NCBI GenBank assembly: GCA_964035575.1
Contig: OZ037833.1
Span: forward strand, 2,728,001 to 2,792,000
DNA from: Rhynchopus sp. YZ270_cl-10
Taxonomy: Eukaryota
Length of the DNA stretch: 64,000 bases
Direction: 5' to 3'
The position numbers and the translations under genes were made by a program. Below, one piece after another: positions 36,254-48,195 of this stretch. Within the stretch, counting starts at the first letter, position 1. Each line of letters opens with the position of its first letter. Under the pieces are notes generated by a model. That model did no database searches and had not been told where the DNA came from. It worked only from the letters and a program-made list of their open reading frames with translations.

Positions 36254-37645
36254 ATGACGATGATCGACGCATGCAAGCGCCTCCATGAGGAGGGCAATGC
36301 ACGCTTCCCTACGGACAAAGTGGGTGCGGAGGGGCTGTTCACGCTGGCGCTGATTTCGCTGGTGGGGAGCAATGGTGCGGATAGCAGCGAGAAGATGGCG
36401 TCGCTGTTTAGCAACAGGAGTGCGTGTCGGGTGGCGATGAACGAGCCGGACCTGGCGCTTGCGGATGCGGAGCGGGCCCGCGAGCTACGCCCTGCATGGT
36501 ACAAGGCGTACTACCGCCTGGGCACGTCGTATGCTGCCATGGATAGGGTGGAGGAGGCACGTCAGGCCTTCCGCGAGTCGCTCTCCCTCCTCCCGTCCAA
36601 TTCCTCAGAGCGCAACAACATCGCAACCTACGTCAGCAACCCGCACCTCGCAGTGCACCAACCCGCAAGCGACAACATCAAACGCGATGAAGAGCGCCGT
36701 GCTGCGCCGCCAGCAGTCCCACAGCCGTTTGCGCAGAAGATCTGCATACAAACCTCCCCGGTGCACGGCTACGGTGTCTTTGCGAAACGTGCTATTAAGA
36801 AGGGCGAGATCGTGCTTATTGAGACACCACTCTTCTCTGCGACTCTCAGGGAAAACACGTGCGCCACGTGTTGTGCCAGCCTGGACGGGCGTAAACCTTT
36901 TCACTGCGTGAAGTGCTACCGTGAGGCGTATTGCTCAGAGGCATGTGTGCAGGTGGCGGAGGAGTGGCATGTGCGGGAGTGCAGCGACGGGGATGATGAC
37001 GACGAGGCCTCCCTCGCAGACAGGCTGGAGATCTTCAAGGTTGCGCTTGAGCAGATCAAAGTATCAAACAGCGAATGTCTGTCTGTGTTCGCTGCGATCC
37101 GCTCGCTGTCGCACCCACGCCTGTCGACGGTGCTTGCGGGGCAGTACTGCATGCCCAAGGAGCTGGCGGATCTGCATGAACTGCACGATGTGCGGCATTC
37201 GCAGTTCAGTCGAGTGGTCCACGTGTTGGGGTTGCCCGTGCAGGTGCGCGGGAACCCGCCGCACGACTTCGCGTGGTTCAAGGAGATCTGGTGCAAAGTG
37301 ACGTCGCACTACTTCGACATCTCAACGGAGCATGACGTCTGCGCGCTGCTGGAGTACGGTGCCTACTTCAACCACAACTGCACGCCGTCTGTGACGCACC
37401 ACCCGCACAACGGGAAGGTCGTCTTCGTCGCAGAGAAGCACATCCGCGAGGGCGAGGAGCTCTTCGTCACATACGCCAACGGCGCAAAGGACGCAACAGA
37501 AGAGTACCTCGCAAAGCAGTACGGCTTCGAGTGCACCTGCCCCACGTGCCGTGTCGACTACAGTTGCGAAGAGGAGGAGCAAGAACCTGAGATCTTTGTC
37601 ATTTCCGGCGAAGACGACGTCCGACGGTGGGTGCCAGAGGACTAA
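36254..37645 (+). CDS. TPR + SET + MYND zinc finger protein (SMYD-like lysine methyltransferase)
   Basis: TPR 'LFSNRSACR...ALADAERA...WYKAYYRLG'. SET 'HGYGVFAKRAIKKGEIVL'. MYND 'CATC...CVKC...YCSEAC...WHVREC'. Also 'FNHNCTPS', 'GEELFVTY' and post-SET 'FECTCPTC'. Confidence 0.92.
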   Translation: MTMIDACKRLHEEGNARFPTDKVGAEGLFTLALISLVGSNGADSSEKMASLFSNRSACRVAMNEPDLALADAERARELRPAWYKAYYRLGTSYAAMDRVEEARQAFRESLSLLPSNSSERNNIATYVSNPHLAVHQPASDNIKRDEERRAAPPAVPQPFAQKICIQTSPVHGYGVFAKRAIKKGEIVLIETPLFSATLRENTCATCCASLDGRKPFHCVKCYREAYCSEACVQVAEEWHVRECSDGDDDDEASLADRLEIFKVALEQIKVSNSECLSVFAAIRSLSHPRLSTVLAGQYCMPKELADLHELHDVRHSQFSRVVHVLGLPVQVRGNPPHDFAWFKEIWCKVTSHYFDISTEHDVCALLEYGAYFNHNCTPSVTHHPHNGKVVFVAEKHIREGEELFVTYANGAKDATEEYLAKQYGFECTCPTCRVDYSCEEEEQEPEIFVISGEDDVRRWVPED

Positions 37646-37789
37646 CTTTGCCAGAACAAAAACAAACGAAAACTTTGGCCCCCTATCCCATACTATATAA
37701 AGAGCCAGTGATATAAGAAGCCCCTTTCCACATTTGCTTCTCCTTCCCTCATTCCAAGCTTCCACCCACAAACCCCCACACCCCCACCC

Positions 37790-39562
37790 ATGCAGAAGTG
37801 GCGACGCTCTGAACACACAATGTCGATGATGCATATTATGTTGTGTTTGGCGTCTGTTGCGGAGGGTACTGCGACTCCGTCTGCGACTCCGTCTGGCACC
37901 TTATCTGTGACTGTGACTTTGACTGAGACTGTGCCTGAGGCTGAGGTGACTGAGAGTGCGACCCTGTCGTTGTCAGAGAGTATGATCGTCACGCCCACAG
38001 AAATATCAATAGACCCCACACAGACACCGTCGCTCAGTATTGCCATTCCTACGACCCTGGCGCCGACCATTGCGCCCACCGCAATACCACCTACTCTGGC
38101 TCCAACTGTCGTACCAACGATTGCACCCACTATCGCACCTACTGTCGCACCTACTGTTGTCCCTACGGCACTTCCGGCTGGTGATACTCTGACACCACCC
38201 ACACCTGCACCAGACACATTGGTGCCCACCTTGGCGCCCACAGTGCCCCCAACCACAGGCCCGACACCCTATCCTATTGACATGACAAGTAGGCCCACCA
38301 GGTCCCCCACAGAGGCCCCAGATGTTCCTTCTTTAACCATGACCCTGGTCACAGACGCACCCCCAACTGCAGAGCCTACGTTAGGCCCCACCCTCGTCCC
38401 CGGGGAGACGGCAGTGCCCACTGCAGAGCCCACCCCAGCCCCGACGGCGCCTCCGACCGCAGCACCGACACCCTTCCCTGCAACGGACGCGCCCGCCACG
38501 CTCACGCCTGGAGACACGTATCCACCCCCGACAGCGGTCCCCACGCTTGTCCCCGGGGAAACCGCAGTGCCAACAGCCGAGCCAACAGCCGAGCCGCCTA
38601 TCTCCACAGCCTCACCCGCCGTACCACCAACGGCACAACCCACACTCGTGCCAGGGGAGACAGCCGTGCCGACAGCAGAGCCCACCGCCATCCCCACGCT
38701 GGTTCCTGGGGAAACTGCGGTACCGACAGCTGTCCCAACGGCAGCACCTCCGACATTGGTCCCTGGGGAAACTGCTGTGCCCACTACCGCACCGCTTGCG
38801 ACAACCACAACGGACACACCTCCTACGGTGCCGACGCTTGCCCCTGGGCAGACAGCAGTCCCCACGGCTGCACCACCGACACTCGTACCTGGAGAAACTG
38901 CAGCGCCTACTGCTGCACCCACTGTCGCACCCACTGGTGCTCCTGCGACTGATCTGCCTGCGGGTGCGACGCTCACCCCGGGGGACACTTTCGCACCTTC
39001 GCGTGCTGGTGCGCCTACCCCTGAGCCTGGGACGGACGACGACGGCGGGGGGAACCTGCTCCTCATCATCCTGCTCATTGTCGGGGGTGTGCTGCTGTGC
39101 TGCTGTATCGGGGTTGCGGTGTTCTGCTTTGTGATGAAGAAGCCTGCGCCTGCGAACAACACTATGATTGAGAAGGAGCTGTTCTCGGAGATGGGTCTGT
39201 CGAATGAGGAACCGAGCGACGCGAAGGAGCTGATCATCGATGAGGGACAGCCATACCAAGGCATGCCGGCGTACCTCAAGAACGACGCGCCTGTTGGCAC
39301 CCTCTCAAAGTTCCGCGAACCCACACGTGAAAACGAGTTCGCCAGCTCCTGGGCACAAGAACGTCCCTCAGGACGGCGCGAAACAGTGATGCGCATGCCT
39401 GGCGGTACGTCCCTAAATACAGGGACCCCCTCCGGCAACTCCCTCGGCATCACCGCCTCCCAACAAGGCAGAGGGTCACAAGGAGGCACAGGACAGTTCA
39501 TCTCCTTCAACCGGGACCCCTCGTCACAGAGACGAGGCAGTCTGGTGTCAGGAATGGTATAG
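37790..39562 (+). CDS. Mucin-like Pro/Thr-rich type I membrane protein
   Basis: Signal-like 'MMHIMLCLASVAEG'. Repeated PTLVPGETAVPTA units (~38388-38910). Single TM 'LLLIILLIVGGVLLCCCIGVAVFCFV' followed by KK and a cytosolic tail. The true start may be a later Met. Confidence 0.85.
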   Translation: MQKWRRSEHTMSMMHIMLCLASVAEGTATPSATPSGTLSVTVTLTETVPEAEVTESATLSLSESMIVTPTEISIDPTQTPSLSIAIPTTLAPTIAPTAIPPTLAPTVVPTIAPTIAPTVAPTVVPTALPAGDTLTPPTPAPDTLVPTLAPTVPPTTGPTPYPIDMTSRPTRSPTEAPDVPSLTMTLVTDAPPTAEPTLGPTLVPGETAVPTAEPTPAPTAPPTAAPTPFPATDAPATLTPGDTYPPPTAVPTLVPGETAVPTAEPTAEPPISTASPAVPPTAQPTLVPGETAVPTAEPTAIPTLVPGETAVPTAVPTAAPPTLVPGETAVPTTAPLATTTTDTPPTVPTLAPGQTAVPTAAPPTLVPGETAAPTAAPTVAPTGAPATDLPAGATLTPGDTFAPSRAGAPTPEPGTDDDGGGNLLLIILLIVGGVLLCCCIGVAVFCFVMKKPAPANNTMIEKELFSEMGLSNEEPSDAKELIIDEGQPYQGMPAYLKNDAPVGTLSKFREPTRENEFASSWAQERPSGRRETVMRMPGGTSLNTGTPSGNSLGITASQQGRGSQGGTGQFISFNRDPSSQRRGSLVSGMV

Positions 39563-41283
39563 GGGGTGCGATTTGCTGTATTCTTTACACTTTCAACTTT
39601 CTTGAAATACAGTGATCAAGAAACCTGGGTGGGGTAACAAGAAAACTACATAGGGTTAACAACTAGGGGTTTTTGGGATTTCAAACCAGCGTTTTTACAC
39701 CTGATGTTTTTCACATCACGGTTACATCAGGGGGGTTCGAACTGCGATGCAAAAAAACATGGACAACCTCTGCCTCTGGAAAAAGAGGTTTTTGGGAGTG
39801 TTTTTTTTTGGACACTAGAACAGATACGTAACGCAAGTCTTCGTCTTGATCTTAGTACAGTGTGTGTTGTGTGTATGGTGTGCACAGTACATCTTTTCAA
39901 ATTTTCTTTGTACACACCAAACCTGCAAGACAATACAATACAAACCCTGTAGTTCGGACCCTCTACAAAACGTGAAGATGTGTGTACGTGGGTATTCATC
40001 GTTTCGATGTTCTCTCTCTCTCTCTCTCTCTTTTTGTATGATATCTCTCGGGCAGCAGTCTTCGTCATGCCCTGTTTATCGATAGATCAACAGAAGTTTT
40101 TTTTTGATTTTTTTATAGTTTTTTTTTCTTCAAATGTGTACTACAGTGTTTCATTGTTCATCATCAGCGGAGTCTGCCCAAAACACCCAGGACAGGACAG
40201 CAACTCAATTTACGGTGAAGTCCTCCGGAGTGCGCAATTACGTTATTGATAGATGCAGTGGATTATGACTGATGGTGTTTTTCATTCTTCCAAGTTTAAG
40301 TTGCCTTTCTTTGTTGATACATTAAATGGTGTGATCTCCCCCAGATTCCCCGTGGTTCTCCCGTAAGCCTTCCTTGGGTTCTAAGAGGTGCCCGGGGGCC
40401 CCCTCCATTTAAAGTTTTGCATTTTCTCAAATCATTTTTTCAGAAGTGTATTAAAAAAAAAAACGTAAACCAGTAAAACCCCAAATTCCACTTTCCTGAT
40501 TATTCAAAAAAAAGAATTACCCCCTTCCCCTTGCGATTATACAGAGCGAAGCGCTTTAAAATGAAATAAAAATACTGTGCGACGAGTGTCGTTCGGTGCG
40601 CTGACTGGACAACAATGATTTATCCCAAAAAAGAAAATGAGAGAAAAATAAGAGGGCTGTGCTGGGTGTGTGTACACCTTGCGGTGCCTATCATGTGACA
40701 TTGTATTGTCGAAAACAAAAGTGTCCTTGTCCAGGGGGATACTGTACACAGACCTGTATTTTTTTTTCTACATCAAGAGAGAGATGTTGTGTTCCCCCCC
40801 TGCTCTCTGGTCTCGACTATCATGGTCAGTCGGAGGTGCCTGCATCAATATTTTTTTTTCTTTTTTTCCAACGGGGTTTTCGATGTTTCAAATAGTGCAG
40901 CCTTTTGTCCGTATGACAAGGTACACTATGAGAATCTTGCTCTCATGTCAGTCAGTTACTTTTTTTTTTGAAATACAATACATTGTTTCGTTCCCAGTCA
41001 CCTCGAATTCACGTTCGTGTACTTTTATTTTTTTCTTTGCATTCCAAAAAGACAGGTTTTGCACAACAAAAAAAAAAAAACAGCAATAAACAGGCATAAA
41101 GTGCGTGCACACAACAGTCTACACAAATTTTCAATGTGTGCGATGAGATGTGCGTTTCTGTCTGTCAAGACCCTGTCAAACCTTTTGAAGTTCTCTCTTC
41201 TGTTTCCCCTTTTAGATGCATTTAGCCCGAGAGGCTCCTGTATCGACCATTCTGCTTATTGGAGACAAAGCCAGGGTTCCACC

Positions 41284-41421
41284 TAATGGTGGCAGTATTG
41301 TGATGGGAGCCCATTGGAATACGCAAAATACATCAAAATACATCACAATACGTGTATTGTGATGTATTTTGATGTATTTTGCGTATTCCAATGGGCTCCC
41401 ATCACAATACTGCCACCATTA
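41284..41421. mobile_element. Palindromic 138-bp MITE with an 8-bp target-site duplication (hAT-like)
   Basis: Perfect 68-bp arms TAATGGTGGCAG...CTGCCACCATTA around a 2-nt centre. GTTCCACC lies directly on both sides (41276-41283 and 41422-41429). Confidence 0.9.
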
Positions 41422-41752
41422 GTTCCACCCCCCGAGCATGCTCCCACTAATGATAGTGGTGTACGGATGGATGTGCGCACAGCGAAGCCAATTCATCTCA
41501 CACCCCCTTTTGTTCTGTATTTCCACACTGTGGTTTGCGAGGCTATGTATTTTGCGGTGTAATTTTTGGACGCCATCTTTTCAAAGTTTTCTTAACTCCG
41601 TAGGGGATTTTTTTCAGTTAGGAAGGTTCCTTGGAAACCTTTTTTTTGTGTATTTTGTTGAAAGGTGTGAGGGGTTTTATCTTAATAGCTTTTTCAGATG
41701 AAAGATGTGCATCTTCGGAGTGCTATTTTCTTTGTTTTTCTGCGCACGCTGT

Positions 41753-41787
<35 letters not shown>

Positions 41788-44319
41788 TGCGGACTGAAAA
41801 CAAACGAGGCTTCGAGAAGAAGCCAAGAAAAAAGTCACCACACACAGCCAGCCTTAGATATTTTTTGTAACGTCCTTTTCGTCTTCGGTATCTCTCCTTC
41901 CCCCCCCTGCCTTTCTGCTCCCTTATCCCTACTCTCTCATCCTGTCGTCAGTTTATTTTTGTTCGACTGAGCTTCGTCCCAGGCCTTTCCCACTGGGCGG
42001 AGCGCATAGCACAACTCGCTTTGAAAGCGTTTCAAGGTGACTTAAACACGAGAGGTTCTATAGTCTTTTCCTTTTTTTTAACCTTGTTTACTATCTCACC
42101 TTTGCGGGGCATTTTCTGAATTTTTTGAAAGTTTTTTTGTGAAACGCCGAGAAAAAAAGCAGGAGGCATCCAACAGAACAGAGTCAGAGGGGCGCTTATT
42201 TCCTCCTCAGAGAAAGTAAATACAGACAGCTGCAAAGAGAGAAAAAACAAACAAAACGCAAATTTAATTATTTAGTCTAGAGCTGATCTTTGTGGTGCGT
42301 CTGTGTCAGACGAAAAAATACAGCTTTTTAGTAAAGCTACGACGAATTGTGTCTTATCTTTTTCAATAGAATAGCCTTGGCGAAGGTTTGTTTTTAACCC
42401 TACCATTTTTACCTCGATAAAACGAACAATTTTTTGTTTTTGATTTTTCTGAGTTTTTTGAGGTGAAGAGATGTGATCCGGCGGGACAAGAAGACGATTG
42501 TAGCTCTCTTACCTACATTGTTCTGTCGGCCAGAGGCTTTTAGCCTAGAGACCTATTGCGGTTAACGGTACGGCCTAACGCTCCTGAACACCCTTCTTTG
42601 CTGTTGCTAGCGTTAGCTTTCCGTTTTTCCGTTTTCCCGTTTTTCGGCCAACACTGTACCCTCAGCCCAATCAGTGGTAACTCATTGAGTGGGAATCTGA
42701 GCGGGGGGGTTTTTTTTTGACTATACAGTTGATGCTCTACGACACCGACTGTGATCAAGGTAACTACACACGAGAGGCTTAGGTTCATCTCATAAACTTT
42801 TCTATTTTGGGGGACAGTTATAGTGCTGGTAGTGGAGTTCCGGACGGTTGTTATTTATTGAGCTTTTTTTTGGCAACGCAGACCAAAGAAAAGAAAGGGC
42901 TTTTTGGAAGATGTGTGTGCACGAGAGAAGCATACTCCTCTGACAACTTTTTTTTGTTTTGTTTTTGTTTTTTTTTTCAGTGCTGTTGATTGTCCCCGCC
43001 CGCTTTTTAAGTTTTCTGTATCAGTGTTCTGACAATTTCCCCCCAAACCCTCATTTCCAACCCCTTTGCTGTCCCTCCGTGAATATGTTTCTTTCTCTTT
43101 TTTTTTTTGATCTCGAGCCGTGGGTTCGTGGCGTGTCATTTAAGGTTCAGCCCTTTTAAGATGAACAACCAACACAACCAAATAGCGAGAGTCTTGAGAT
43201 TTCATCTTCTAATTTTTTTTTGGCTATGCAGAGGTTTCCTCTGCACGGCCAGGCAGTCAGTGGGAGCGTATCGTGAGTAGTAAAATAACACAGAATATAC
43301 ATTACACTTTATGCACAAACAAAAAACGTTTTTTTTTTTTTTTTGGTGAACTGTGAATGCGAGGCGGTTGGTCATTGCCGTGTTCTCCCTCTCTCGTCAA
43401 TGCCTGCGTCTCAGATGTGATTTGCACTATCAACTTCACGTACTCTTTCTTGTGAACAAAATATGGTATCATAATACCCCCTTTCGAAAACCTAGGTGTG
43501 TGGTTGCAGTACAGAAATGCAGCACAAAAACCAAAAGAGACCTGACTGCCTCCTTTAAACTGTCTTCCTTCACCCAGTATGGGCTGGGATGGGTGCACCT
43601 CGCCCATCCACAGCCTTCATTTTAAACACTACCAACTTCACTTTTAAATAGAAAGTACATGAATATATTTGTGTTCGTACCTCTCGTTCTTTTATTTTGA
43701 TTTTTTTTTGTGTGCATTTGACACATTCATCTTTCATATTTTTCTCTTTTGGAAAAGGTGGCCTGATTGTGTCAACATGGTCATACGCGGCATCTGAATG
43801 CCTACCAAACAACTCTTTGAAATAAACACACGAAAGAAAAAAACGACATTGTTCACACGACAAAACGCGTCTGGTGTTTCGATAACGATGGTGTACACGT
43901 GTCTCCATCATCCTCATAATTAGTTCGCTAGTCGGCTAAATGGGGTGGGTCACGTTAACAAATTTGACATTGTTCACACGACGTACCTTAGTAGACGATA
44001 GTCTAACAAGGGGGGATTAAAAGGGGAAGGATGGGGGGGTCTGAAAACACCCCGTCAGTACTGAACGGGGGGAGGGGGGGAGGAGATGGAGATGTGGTTT
44101 AACTCGCACCACAAAGTAAACGGGGGGAGCCGTCGTTTCTATTGTAGGAGGGGTTTCTGTTATAAAACCTAGCCAAAAAAACACGTACCCCCCATTTCCC
44201 CCTCTCTTATTTCCTCATATCTCCAACTATACAACAACACCAATTTTCTACAGACGGAACACATTATGCAATTTTTTTAGTTTTGTCAAATTTTTGACAA
44301 AAAAACAAAAAAAAAAGAA

Positions 44320-47300
44320 ATGACCGTTTCATGGGAGAATTGGTGGGACCCACCGAATCCTAACACAAAGAGCGGGCAGGTCCGCATTCGGCAGTATCTG
44401 GAGTGGTTGAACGGGTTGGATGTGTTTGGAAGCTTCAGGACGATTGGTGATGTGTCGGAGCTGAGTGATGCACGCGTTCTTGCTGATGTCGTTGAGTTTC
44501 TAGTACCCGGGACAGAACTGCCTCGTGAAGACCACCCCTGCCACGGACCGCGTCGTGCGAACGACCGCACGCCACTCTCAGCAGAGCTGATCCTCCTCGA
44601 AGACGCGCTCATGGTTGTGTGGGAAAACGGAGGTGCCCCGCCCGCATCACACCCAGAACACCTTTACGCCGTGTCCGACATAACCCGGGCTCGCCCCTTC
44701 GCATTGGCCTGTCTCCTTCACGGCATGTTCAAGGCGTTCCTTATGAGTGAAATGGTGCCCAACATGTTGGATATGGTGTTATGGTACAACGGAGTGTTGC
44801 ACCCTTATCAGAAGCAGTTGGTGCGCAGTGCGCAGGCCCTTTTCGATAGCAGTGCGGACAGTTCGGTGGACACACGGCATATCTTTGATGCGGTGGCTTC
44901 TGAGATGGCGGACTGTGCAGTGTGGATCTGCTGCTTCCACGCACACAGCCAGCCTTCTTATGTGCTCGACCTCTCTACAGTCTACTGGAAGCCCGATGCA
45001 AACCAGCCACCACAGCTCCTCGCAAACGCAGGCTTCTGTTTCTCTCTGTTCGAAACCTTTGAAGTAAAACCGCAGTACGCTCTGCGCGATTTCGTTCGAT
45101 TTGCGCACTCAGAGTTTGTCGTGCTGCAGGCATACATTGTGTATAAGGTGCTCAAATTGTACCCATCTGTTGGCGAGGTGAGTGTCCGTGCGCTCAACTT
45201 TTTAGACCAAAGCAGTCTCCTCAGGGCAGCACGGCGCAATGAGGAAAGCGCTGCACGCAGTAGAACCTCAACCAGCCCGGTGCGGGAGAAGAAATCAGCG
45301 AGTCCATCCCCCGGGAGGTCCCCTTCTCGTCGGTCGGTCTCCCCGCATGCAAGCTACGTTGAGATGCTGAAGGGGCACAGCGAGGAGGGGAGTACACGTT
45401 TCCTTTCGCCGTCTCGCTCTTCTCGCGCTTCTCGCACGCCGAGGCAAAACGGAACAAAGCGTGTGGACCCACAACTGACAGTGGACAGTGCACCTTCCCC
45501 GAGGCAAAGGGATGAGGACTTTGTGAGGCAGGTTTTGTTCGCGCAGCGGAGTGTGCCCGAGAAGGTGCCGACGAAGCTGACGAAGATGCTGGAAATGATG
45601 GCAGCGAAGAACAAAAGCGAGCTGCTCAAACTGCCCATCTCCGCACGCAGCAAGGCCATCCTCAACGACCTCGCAGCAAAGCTCTCCCCACAACGCAAGC
45701 CCAGAGCAGCAAGACAGCACAGCGCATCTCCACAACGCACACCGCAACGCACACCAACCAAACCCAAGGTCCGCACACAGACTATCACTATTCCGAAGAA
45801 ATCCCCAAAACCACGGCCCTCAGAGAACCGCACCAGCACCCTTTCCCCTAGACGCCGCACCCGCACCACATCTCCAAAGAAAGCAGAACACACAGCGACA
45901 TCACCCAGAGCCGTTAGTCCTCGCACCCCTAGGAAGACAGCAACACCCAGATCACCTACGTCCCCTACTTCACCTACTTCACCTACTTCACCTACATCAC
46001 CCACTTCACCACGGAGACCAGAGGTGCTGCCCCTTTCCCCGAGGTCTGTTACGTCTGTGTCTGTGGGTGAAGGGGTTGTGGTAGCCGCACCACAGTCAGA
46101 GCCTGCAGTTGTGAGCAGCGCCCCTAGCACAGAGGAGGGGAGCCACCATGAGGACATAGCGCCCGAGGCACCGCCCCCCAGCGAGGTTCTGTTGCCTCTG
46201 AGCCAGCCGAGCCAGAGTGTGGTGTCGACACCACGTGTTGCAAACGAGACGCGACGGCCTAAGGTTGCACCAAAGCTGCATCGGAAAGCATTCCGCTTGG
46301 ACAAAGGCCCCACCGCAGAAGAACTGAAGGAAGCCGAGAGGGTTCGGGTGATGAAAGCTGCGCGGGCAAAGGCGTCGGAGGGGTTGTCCTCAGGGCTGTC
46401 GAGACGGGGTGTGTCGCCTCCCTCTCGGGCGACGTCGGCACCCAAGATCAAGAGAAAGGACGACCCCAGAAAGGACGACGTGCCCACCTTCATGAAGAAA
46501 CCTGAGCCCAAAGTGGAGCCCAAAGCAGTGTCCCGACCGACCACACCAACATCCGCGCCAAAAAGGAGCTCCTCCCTCAGGAGCATGCGGAGTGCTTCTA
46601 GCCGGAGGTCGCTTTCCCATCGACGAGCCTCCGTAGGGAAGGATACCTACGCAGATCCAGGACGGATCTCGCGGAAATCCAGCAAACTCAGCACCGCAGT
46701 GTCAGAAGAATCGCCTCTCGTGCTCCCGGAGGAGGCAGAACCGGACAATATTGAGACCTTAGACCTGCCGGTATCTGGAGCATCTGCGGCATCTGTGGCG
46801 TCTGGGACGGTGTCACAGAAGGACCCCGGTGTGTTGCGTCTTGCGCGAGGCATTTCACCACGACGGCCAAAGATGGGCCACGGCGAGGCAACGTTGCTCA
46901 GTGCAATCCAGCGGCCCCAAGCGGAAGGGGTGGACCGCCTCTCGCCGACACCCATGAGCCCTGCGTACAGTGATGTGGAGAAGGTGGTCGTGGACCTGAT
47001 GTCGCCAGGGGGGTGGCAAGGGGCGTTGACATTGAGCCCGCTTGGTGCGGATCTGAACTTTGCGTCTGTGGAGAAGACGATCATGGAGTTCAACCAGCAG
47101 CCCATCAGGATGTCTCCTGTGGCGGAGGTGGAGCGGAGTGTGCCGGTGGGTGGAGCAGGAGGAGGAGGAGGAGGTGGTAGCGTGCCAATGTCCGCACAGC
47201 AGCGCTGTTCGCCACCACCACCCCTGCCCCCGCCCCTGCCGCAGCGTGCAGGTGGTGCAGGTGCAGACGTGTCGGTAGAGAGTGTGTCAGGTGTGTCGGT

Positions 47301-47972
47301 GTCCGCACGAAGCGACACTGTAGGAGTAATAGATCTTGCAGACGCAGTGCTTGTGGCCGACATGCAGTCGGTAACGCGGAGGTGGGGGACTGAGGTATGT
47401 CGCGCTTTGTTTTGTAGAATCTATAAAATGAGGCTATGAGAGTTCCTAATTCGCCTCTGTCGCACTGACATCGAGGGCGAGACAATAGGATGTTGTTTCA
47501 ACTTTTGGAGGTTTGCATTTATGAAATTTTCACCACAGGTGGGTGCCGAGTCGCCGACCTCTGTCCTGCAGCTGTACGACGCCAACCCACGTCGCGAGCA
47601 CGAAGAGGAGGATATGTACCTCAACCTGGCAGACCACGACGGACCGCCTCGGGTACCAGGTGTCTCTCCGATGATCACACCAACGCGTTCACAGTCGCGC
47701 ACACGCGTTGCGTTGCAGAACCCAGGTATGTTGATTGAGAGCTGGAGCCTATTTATATTTACCAATGTTTTGTTTTCTGTTCGTCTTAGTTTTTCTCATT
47801 TTGTTTACCTGCCCTCTCAGCAGCTCGATTATGTTCATACACTTTTCCCTTCTTCGTATTTACACCACATCTTCCAGATACGACACTCCTAGAACTCTTC
47901 GAAACATGCCTCGCAGACGGAAAGCTTCCCAAGCCAACACGCCAAGCTCCGCCCCCACCTGTACAGAAGTAG
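44320..47972 (+). CDS. Ser/Pro/Arg-rich protein with a globular (possibly calponin-homology-like) N-terminus, 3 exons
   Basis: 'QYLEWLNGL...VSELSDARVLADVVEFLVPG' resembles a CH-domain start. It is followed by a long low-complexity region with SPT repeats. Exons 44320-47394, 47539-47725 and 47878-47972 join in frame via GTATG...CAG introns. Confidence 0.7.
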
Positions 47973-48195
47973 TCCCCCCACCCCCAGTTCTCCCCCCCCC
48001 TCCCCCCCTCCCTCACCCTCCCGCCACTTCCTTTTAGCGGGTTATGTAAGTAGAGCTTGATTTGGTTAAAGTACCCCCTCCCATCCCTTTTCTTCCTCTC
48101 CCATTCCCTCCCTTCACTTCCTCCCCCTAACACGTTTCTAGAGGTTACACGAGGTCATCCTCCCATTTTTTCTCAGATTGAGGATTTCTCGTTTT

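Noticed and set aside
38269..39510. 413-aa Gly/Val/Ala-rich minus-strand ORF
   Set aside because: Antisense of the Pro/Thr repeats, which naturally lacks stop codons.
39563..44319. Many short Phe/Lys-rich ORFs in spacers
   Set aside because: Products of T and A homopolymer tracts; not coding-like.
45354..46586. 410-aa minus-strand ORF
   Set aside because: Antisense shadow of low-complexity coding sequence.
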